Assembly (NCBI GenBank): GCA_012295275.1
Contig: CM022669.1
Location: 12,834,001-12,898,000, forward strand
Direction of reading: 5' to 3'
Length of the DNA: 64,000 nt
From: Chrysomallon squamiferum
Lineage: Eukaryota; Animalia; Mollusca
A program made the position numbers and the translations under genes. Each line of letters begins with the position of its first letter. The first letter of the stretch is position 1. The notes under the pieces were generated by a model, which saw nothing but the letters and a program-made list of their open reading frames with translations, was not told the origin of the DNA and ran no database searches. Shown in pieces: positions 54,640 through 64,000 of the stretch.

Positions 54640-55799
54640 CTTTCCTAGAATATTTTACATTCTCTCTTTTTCTTTGTCTCGCTTGCATCTTTACCTTTGA
54701 AATTAAAAAAAGAATTTATCCATAAACCACTCATTAGCTGTATTTAAAGGCTGCTGAATGTCAAGAAACAGTTTAAGAGAATACATTATAACCTTATGAT
54801 TTTTGTCTGAAATAAATTAAAGACGAGTGGAGTAAAATGCCAAAACATCAGTTGGGAAATACTTAAGAACGTCGTATAAATCAGATATATATACACGGAA
54901 GAATACACATTGAATTGTATACATCATTCTAAGGACTAACTGAACCGATTGTATTAAAAATAAAATTAAAATCTATTAAGCTGTATAAGATAAACAACAG
55001 ACTAACAGAATCATACAGGACAAAACAAAGACTGACTGTACTGTATGGATAAGTGGACTGTCTTTTCAAAAAAACAACTTTCACGTCGACTTTATTATAC
55101 AGCATTAAACTGTACGGAAATGTACTTTATAATTAAAGACAAGCTGTTTTCCATTAACTGGTTAGCAGGTTAGTAGGTTAGCGTGCTACGAGAGTGTCCA
55201 TTGAGAAGTAATATAAAGCTGGCAAAAAACAGTGTTTTGTATGGAATATTAATTATGTACGATACAGAACAATTGTGTGAAAAACGAAGACTGTTTTGTT
55301 TGACACTGATTTCACGGTCAAAATGGACAGGGATAAAATAAGTGTGAAAACTAGGAATGGGATAATCTTTGTTTTAATTTATTTAAATGCATATATGCAG
55401 CAGGATATATACTACGAATAGCAGTAGAAGAAATAAGAATATTGTTATTAGTGATAGTTGTGTGGGAAATAGTAGTACAAGTAGTAGTAGTAGTAGTTGT
55501 GGTATTTGTAGTAGAAAGAGTCACAGTAGTAGTAGTACTGTCATCAGCAGTTAGAATAATCGTTTTTGTTTTCATTATTTTAGCAGTACAGTACTAGTAG
55601 CAATGGTAGCATTAGCAGCAACTGTGGTGACCATAGTTGTATAATATTAGTTGTAGTATCTGTAGTTGCTGTTGTAGTAAGAGCAGCAACAGCAGCAGTA
55701 ACAATATCAGTAGTAGTTGTGACAACAACAACACTAGCAAAGACGTTTAATAGTAAGAGTGGCCACATGATCGGCCGAAAGAACAAAAACAGCAATAAA

Positions 55800-55920
55800 C
55801 AAAAAAACAACAAAAAAAAATCCCTGAAAAAAACAAAAAAAAAACCCCTGAAAAAAACAAAAAAAAAACCCTGAAAAAACAACAACAAAAAACCCTGAAA
55901 AAAAAACAAAAAAACAAACA
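55800..55920. repeat. A-rich ~23-24 bp minisatellite with CCCTG core, ~4.5 copies
   Basis: Four CCCTG cores separated by A-rich spacers of similar length. Confidence 0.85.
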
Positions 55921-56761
55921 ATTAGATAAATACACACCCATATATAAGTCTAGTCTCTAATCATATTCAACTCCCACTGAAATTATTAAATCCATTCACA
56001 AACACACACACAAGAAAAAAACAAGAAGAAAAAAAAAGAAGAATCAAAATTATCACCAAACCATAAAAAATCGAAACCGCAAACTATCATCGTAACTAAT
56101 CGCTCTCTATCATGCAAAAATAAATAAAATGCTTTTTTTTTTTTTTTTTTTTTTTCTCTGTCCGTGAAAAGAAGATAATGAATAAAATCAGCAAAAGAAG
56201 ATCGATGAATGAAAGACGATCTGAAATGAAGTACAGTGGTGATACGTCAGCAGAAAATGAAGAACCACTAACGAATATCCGTGCTTAAAAAACATACGTT
56301 TTCACTGATACGGGGCGTCGAGAGAGCAAAGAAGATGAAACAAATACATACAAGAAAAACAAAAAAACAACGTCTCTGGGAATTGCATTTTGGCCGAGTG
56401 ATCGCTGAAAATAGTCAATTTTTGCCAGAGAAATCGAATGATGTTGGAATAATTCCGCTGAGCTGGCTGTTATTACAGAAGTGATAATGTTCTTCTTCTT
56501 CTTCTTCTGCTTCTTGTTCTGATTCGTAACAAGTTCTTAATCGATCTTCCATCTTGTTTATAGCCACGAGAGTTAGAAATCGCTTTCCACTCGATATAGG
56601 CAGTAATATAAACCAAGTGAGAGAAAAAATGTAAAAAAAAAAAAAAAAAAGACTATTTAGAAAAAGAAATGAGAAATATGGAGAAAGGAAAAAACATTAA
56701 GAAGGTAGATAAAAATATAAATTAATACGTCCAAAAAAAAAAATAGAAAAAAAATGGAGTT

Positions 56762-56806
<45 letters not shown>

Positions 56807-56924
56807 AAGACAGAAGAAATATATTGAAAAAAAAACCCAGCACGGCAGGGATATATGGAGAAGTGGCGAGAAAAAAATGCATTTTAAAAACCTTTAAAAA
56901 CAGTTTACAAGAAAAAAACCAAGA

Positions 56925-57068
<144 letters not shown>

Positions 57069-58168
57069 AATAATGAAAAAGTTAGGTTTCTAAAGAAAAA
57101 AAAAGTACTTATTAAAAAAGATAAATGAAATGAAAATAAATAAACTGAAACGACTGTAAAGAACGTAGATCTTTCAATGACCTTCAACGTGGTTTTAATG
57201 ACTTCTTGGTGCCGCTGTCAAACACGGCTTCGTCTGTGGAGAGTATTAATGTCCTTGGGTCAAGATAGGCTCGCAAGACGAGTTGTATTAACACGAAATC
57301 ATGTCAACTAAAATATTAACATGTTGTACAGTTTGGTGATTTTTTAATGATAGTTATCATCGATCTGTGAACACCGAAAAGGACTCGGCAATAAAATATA
57401 TATATTTTTCTTTGATCTTTCAGATTAAGCGTTGATGGCATGATCATCATTTGAGCCAAGTCTCTGGAGGTTTATGTGGAGAAAAAATAAAATAATATTG
57501 TATTACAGCGAAGCAGATTTGAAAATAATAACATTCGGTATGAATATCACAGTCTGCAACTGGAGTGGGGTAGAGGGGGGATTGTCGCATTTTATAATTG
57601 TCTTACTATTCATTACTATTATTATTATTATTATTTCGTTCAGTTTTGAATGTAGCTCGAGACAAAGAAATAAATGGATAGAAAACATATTAAGTTCTTT
57701 ATTTATCGTCAGATCTTTGCGTTAAGCCACATGTATAACTATCACAATATCATATCTGTTCATAAGGAGTATTTAAGAGATGGGTGACTAAATATGCGCG
57801 CGTTTGTCTATGTGTGTACATACGTACGTATGCATGCATGCCTGTATGTGTGTATGTATGTATGTACGTATGTATTTATGTATGTATGTAAGGATGTTTA
57901 TATGTATTTATTTTTTGTTCAATGAGAAATCTATTTTCAACTTTCTATTCAAATAAACTGACTTTACTTTTCAGACAGTATTCTTTTGTAGATAAAAACG
58001 AATGATTTGTTATCAAAGTTATTTAGCAATAACTAACACAGTTTTTTAAAACGTCAGCGGTTGTTAAATGCCAGGGGATATATGACTTCATATATGACAG
58101 GGTTTACAGAATCTTGAATCGATTAACAGCATAACATGTACAACATTCGAATTCTACGACAGATAAAT

Positions 58169-58199
<31 letters not shown>

Positions 58200-59039
58200 G
58201 AAAATAAGAATTAAAATAATATATATTGATATATCGATGTATAAAATTACGATAATAAATTGAGTGCGAACAGCGAAATGTTATCGCTTTTAACTGTTAT
58301 TCTGTTTGAATTATATATTGTTTATGTTAGTTTTAATTTGCTTTTTATTGCATCGGAATAATATTTATTTGTGCATGGTTTCGAATAACACAATTATTTT
58401 AATTAAGTATTCAGTATAAAGGATTAGTACGTCATTTCACGAAATATAATTATGATGTTCTTTATTTGCAATTACATTAATGTTATTTACATCAAAATAA
58501 AATAAAATTTCGACAGCACTCTACTTTTATAATACTTGTCGTTTACGATGTAAGATTTTTTTTTGTTATGACAGTCATCAAATAGTTGTTAAGATGGAAA
58601 ATAACGATAAACGGCAAAAAATCCAATTTAACTGTGATACATATCTGTTTTAATGCCGTACCGTTCTTTTAAGTTACAGAATCGGACGTATTTCTGTTTG
58701 ATCAAAACGTTCTTCTGCTGCAGTTGTTAGACTGTTTGTGCAAAAAAAAGCCTAAGTTCAGTATTACCTTGCCAAGATACAATCTGTACTTTAAAGGAAA
58801 AGGAGAACGTCAAAGAGTAAAATAAACATTTCTGATCGTCGGTGGTTTGATCCAAGAAACAACAGTTGTTTTTTCGTAAGTGTATAAATGTATTGGAAGT
58901 TAAGATGTATCAGTTAATCGGAAAGCGAATTTTCTTTTTCATGTGTGTGATCACACAAGTTTAGGACAGAAATCATAAAATTATTATCATCGTCATGCTT
59001 CTCTTAGTCATCATCGTCAAAATAATAATCTCTTTCGGT

Positions 59040-59218
59040 CACTGTCTATCAGCCTATCTTTCTGTCAGTCTGTCTGTCTGTCTGTCTGTCTGTGTGTCTC
59101 TTTGTCTGTCTGTCTATCTGTCTATCTAACTATGTGTATATCTGTCTCTCTCTCTCGCTCTGACTCTCTGTCTGTCTATCTGTCTCTGTTTCTCTCTGTG
59201 TGTCTATCTGTCTGTCCA

Positions 59219-59252
<34 letters not shown>

Positions 59253-59410
59253 CTTATCTCTCTGTCTCTCTTTCTCTGTCTATCTGTCTGTCTATCCTTA
59301 TCTCTCTGTCTCTCTCTCTCGCTCTGACTCTCTGTCTGTCTGTCTATCTGTCTCTCTCTGTCTCTCTCTCACTCTGTCTATCTGTCTGTCTGTCTATCCT
59401 TATCTGTCTT
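59040..59410. repeat. (TCTG/TC)n tract with higher-order repeats
   Basis: tctctctcgctctgactctctgtctgtc occurs twice and tgtctatccttatct three times within the tract. Confidence 0.9.
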
Positions 59411-59688
59411 TCGCACAACATTCCATGATGCCTGAAATAGGAGCCAGACGTGACGTTTTAGATCCGCATAAAAACATCGACACAGCTGCAATAAAACAGA
59501 AAGAAGAAACAAAATGATTCGCGCAATCATGCAAATCAGGAACAATCATTTCGTCGTTTTCATTTTTCCGGTTTAATGTACAGACATCACAGATCAGCGG
59601 ATTACGCCGACATTACATGCAAATGTACGTCATAGGACTTTTGTGTAATTCAGAGATTTTCTTTTTATTTAGTGCACAAGTCAGGTTC

Positions 59689-59741
59689 AGCTCTGACTGC
59701 AATAAGCTCAGGCTACAGTAAGCTCTGACTGCAACAAGCTC
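59689..59741. repeat. 16 bp tandem repeat AGCTCTGACTGCAATA, ~3.3 copies
   Basis: agctctgactgcaata / agctcaggctacagta / agctctgactgcaaca / agctc. Confidence 0.85.
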
Positions 59742-59904
59742 GATAGCGCCAGACTCTGTTAATGATTTTGGAATACGTCAGAGCAGTATTTCACAGCTTA
59801 TCACTATATCACCTGTCCGAATAAAGCTAGTGTCGTCGTATTTTATCTAATTTGCAGTTGGTTATTTGCAAAAAGTTCCACCGAACCATATGTAACTGCT
59901 TTAT

Positions 59905-60061
59905 ATATAAATACACACATACACACACACACACACACACACATACATAAAGACAGACATACGCACATAAACATGTACATACATACATACATACATACAT
60001 ATATACATTCATTTATACATGCATACATATATACACACATACTTAAACACACACTACACAA

Positions 60062-60099
<38 letters not shown>

Positions 60100-60125
60100 G
60101 TATATATACATATACCTACATGCGT
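59905..60125. repeat. Degenerate (AC)n/(ACAT)n tract
   Basis: Directly visible. Confidence 0.9.
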
Positions 60126-61830
60126 ATTATATACAAAGACATGTAAATACATGAAAATACATGCATACATACAAATATTCATGCTTAAACAAGTACGTTA
60201 CATATTATTTATTCGTGCTGCATAAAAAACAATGCATTTGTCTTTCTATAAGCATTACCACAGATTCAAAGATTCATACTACAAAAAATACCTTGAACTC
60301 CCACATGGAAAAGAAAAATTTCAAGCAAATCCTTCAGGATAACTGTACACAATTAGTCAATAAAATGAAGGGTCTTCGTTTTATTTCTTGATACTCATAA
60401 CACAGAAAACACATTAAAAGAAAGAAGAAACGAATTAAACGAAAGAAAAAAAAAATCCATTTGTGATTACTATTCTTTGAAAAACGTTCTTTGTTATGAC
60501 CTACAGATGAATGATTTAATGCCATTTTGAGAATTAAAAGGACGAAGCGTTGTCTGAGCTGTAAAAACGTGATCACTTAGTCACGTTTTGCTACGTTTGT
60601 GCTGACACGTTCTCGAACTCAAAACAAAAACTTCACAAGAACTTCAGCTGGAACCAAGTAATGGTGTTCTGAAGACCGCTGACATGTCTCTTTTTGATAT
60701 CGAATAATGTATTCGATTGAAGAGTGACGCAAATTCCAAACTTTTATCATACTGATGAAAAACATTACCATGCTTGTGTTATTCTTTAAAACGATAAACA
60801 TGAAACTATTGGGTTTTTTTTTTTTTTTTTTTTTTTGCCCATATTGTCTTATTTGGACTTGTAGAGGAAAAAAGAATAGATAGGATCACAACAAAAATAA
60901 ATAAAAAAAAATAAATAAAAAAATAATCCTTCAGACTTTTATCAGCATTTTAAAAATAAAAATACGTCAGTAATTAATTCTGAAGACTAAAATATCTTGC
61001 AGTTAGATTTGAAGTCAGAATTCATGCTGTTTTAAGGTTCTTTGATTATTAATTTTTAAAAAACGAAACAAAGGAAAAAAATAACTCTTAAAAGCGGAAT
61101 CCATGCCGCTCTAAAGGTTTTGAATTTTAAAATATGATTTCTGTAACTTAACACGACATTCAAAACTTAGTTCTTCATGCCATAAAGTCAATAATAAAGA
61201 TGAAAAGGAAAACGTATTCTGAGTGTTTGTACTGCTAATTCAATACACAGAGTTGTTCTGTATAAGGTTCTGGAACCAATGAAAGCAGTATTTCTTCATT
61301 ATATCCAACAAATATAATTAGTCGTATTACCTAATATGATTTTCAGTATGTCTAAATAGTAAATTATGGCTACACATGTTTTTTGTTTTTTTTTCTAATA
61401 TCACGCGCTAAGAAAACAATGAGATTTAAGTCTTTGTTACAGTTATGATTTCCTACTTCTGTTCAGTTATGCTTAACTTATATCAATCTTTATCTGAGTT
61501 ATCTCGACCAGCTAAAAACATTCCTATGTTATCTCTTAATTCTCTAAGCTCTTTCGTGAAAAGAAATGGTTTCCAAGTCTTGCCGGTTTAAATGCATCAA
61601 ATTTCGGTGATTTCCATTCCATCCAGTACTGTAGAAATGCCCGTCTACGTGTTTTCTATCGCGAGACGCATACAATGGCCCCAGTTATTGACCATAGACT
61701 ACTGGTTACATTAACCAAAGGTTTGATGCCATAATTATACCTAGATTTTATTATGGAAAATACTTCATACTTCTTTTGTTATTTTTTTCCCTTCTGTTTT
61801 TGTTGTTTTGCTGTGTTTAATATCCTACAT

Positions 61831-61864
<34 letters not shown>

Positions 61865-62747
61865 AAAAAAACCAAACACATTATGTTTCTTAAACTCTTA
61901 ATAAAATCTTCTCCATGTGTGTGTGTGTGGCTAGGTGTGAAACAGGTAATAAGATTTTTATACAGTTCTGATATTTATCAATGTCATATCGTTTTGGCAC
62001 CGGAACGTGTTCAAATGTAGGTCCACGTCGTCGTGTTTGGCAGACGTCGGCAACGTGTTTAGATACGACAACAAAAATGAGTTAAAATAAATAAACTGCC
62101 AACATGGTTTACCGAATCAGACCAAGAAACAAACCCAAAGCTCAGATCAGACATTGGAAAATGAAAGTCGACTAACAGCGCGATATTAAAATGTTACGAC
62201 AGTTTGCCTTTGTGTTTCATTTGTTTTCTTATTTTCTTTTTATTCTCATTTTATTATTATTATTGTGTCTTATCAGCGCGAAATTAAACTTTGACCATGG
62301 TTTTCCTTTGTATTTCATGTGTTTTCTTGTTTCTTTTTTATTGTTATTTTTTTTTGTTTTATTATTTTATCTTCCTTGTCGGAGTGTTTCCATTGTCTGT
62401 TATTGCTTCTCTCTGATTCATTTTGGAAAACAATTTCGTTTTTGTTCTGTAACTGTTATAAAGGGAAGTTCAGTCTGGTACAAGATAAAAATCTATACCT
62501 GTCTTTTCTGAACTGTTGTATTTATTGTTCTGTTTATCATACAGACAGTATTATTCAGAAATAACTGGTAGTATTCTTAAATAGATTACATACCTGAATT
62601 AATTTATATTTCATTAATTTGTATCTGGATTGATCGATTGATAGTGAGTGTTGTTGAAATAAATTTTTTGTTATTATTAATATTTTAGAGATAATAGCAA
62701 ATAGGATAAAGGTAACACTTTATTTAAAAGAAATAATTTGCATAGTT

Positions 62748-62844
<97 letters not shown>

Positions 62845-62850
62845 TTATTT
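62748..62850. repeat. (TTTA)n/(TTA)n microsatellite
   Basis: Directly visible. Confidence 0.95.
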
Positions 62851-64000
62851 TGTTTGTTTCTCTTTTGTCTGGTTAGATTATTTTAGTTTTCATTCGTTAT
62901 TTTATTTATTTATTTATCTATCTCTGTCTGACTATCTATCTGTCTATCTATCTCTGTATTTATTTATATTGCAAACCATTTGTTTCTGTTTTATGTTTAT
63001 CTTATGCTATGCTATGATGTGATATGCAATGCTATACGATATTATTTATCAGTGCATTTACTACGAGAGAGAGAGGAAGGAAAAACAAAAAAGAAACACA
63101 AAATGTAAAACGTTCAATTTTCTTCTGCATTAGTGTTTTAGAAAGTTCACATTTACGACTGCATTATCTGGTCAGCGAACGGGTTTGACATTTCTTGTGA
63201 ACAAAAACTATAAACTGAAACCTTAATGAATCTCGTACTGAAGCCTTTGAGAGTTTCACGTTATTTCTATAATTCAGTTAAGCTTCAAACTGAAACTGTA
63301 AAACATCCATTCCGGGAAGTGAGAACCATTTCAGCGTAAATGACCTTAAATGGTTTGTTGACTTTTTTTTTCTTTTCTTTTTTTTTTCTTTTTCTTTGCT
63401 ACTTATAGCCTACAGAAGCAACGTCATAAAAATCTCATGAATATTAATGAGGAAATGAAATCGCAACTTTTCTAATCAGGAGTGTTTGCCGATAAAAATC
63501 ACGAAAATAACCATAGTATGAAACATTATTATTGAATTTCAAAAAAACAAAAAAAAAAAAAAAAAAAACAAAGGAAAGAAAAACAACATAAGAAAGAAAA
63601 AAACAACAACAACAACATGAAAATAAAACTAAAACGTGTGCTACATCGCTTTTAAATATACCCATAACAATTAACGTTGCTTCGCATAACCTTTTAAACG
63701 TTACAAACGTAACTATGAACTAACAGATCAAACACAGCCAGTCCCAGAAGAGACAGAACGCCGAGTTCTAATTAACTTTACGTCTGTGATCTTTTGTTGT
63801 TGCTTCATCCTTGATGAAATGCTAACATTTTCATACGACACCCACCTCACGTTTCAGAGGGAAAAACACGAACATCTCTGATTACTGACAGTCGTTCAGG
63901 ACAGAAGGTGTAGGTGGACTGAAGTCTCTGGTGATGGATAGTTTCAGATTCTGACTAGGCAAATCTCTTGTTAAATCACACTTGCGTTCACTTGAGAAGT

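Noticed and set aside
55800-55920. Regularly spaced repeats (also 1-207 and 53235-53492) considered as CRISPR-like arrays
   Set aside because: No unique spacers, no conserved palindromic repeat, no cas genes, and a eukaryotic context; these are ordinary minisatellites.
58500-58800. Possible decayed TTAA-flanked (Kolobok-like) element ending in ...ctgtactttaa
   Set aside because: No matching left terminal inverted repeat could be identified.
62026-62072. Small GU-rich hairpin gtcgtgtttgg...ttagatacgac
   Set aside because: About 45 nt and dependent on several G-U pairs; too short for a pre-miRNA and plausible by chance.

Overview
This 64 kb window is eukaryotic (animal) non-coding DNA, not prokaryotic. 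It is AT-rich (roughly 30% GC by eye) and dense in microsatellites and poly-A/T runs. A SINE remnant and the repeat style suggest a mollusc, but that is inference. I cannot support any protein-coding gene, tRNA, rRNA or CRISPR array. Nearly all listed ORFs are translations of simple repeats, and the few non-repetitive ones are about as long as chance predicts; small exons cannot be excluded. The supportable structure is: (1) a ~414 bp TIR-bounded MITE inserted into a decayed ~24 bp minisatellite at the left edge; (2) a degenerate tRNA-derived SINE at ~22.5 kb; (3) a diverged ~1.2 kb tandem duplication at 42.0-44.4 kb with (AAT)n at all three junctions, where copy 2 carries a 251 bp hAT-type MITE and copy 1 preserves the empty site; (4) several minisatellites; (5) a window-wide pattern of 150-500 bp unique, CpG-retaining islands rich in transcription-factor-like motifs, separated by low-complexity spacers. 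The best hypothesis is a gene desert or giant intron acting as a cis-regulatory landscape. I found no convincing novel multi-gene system.
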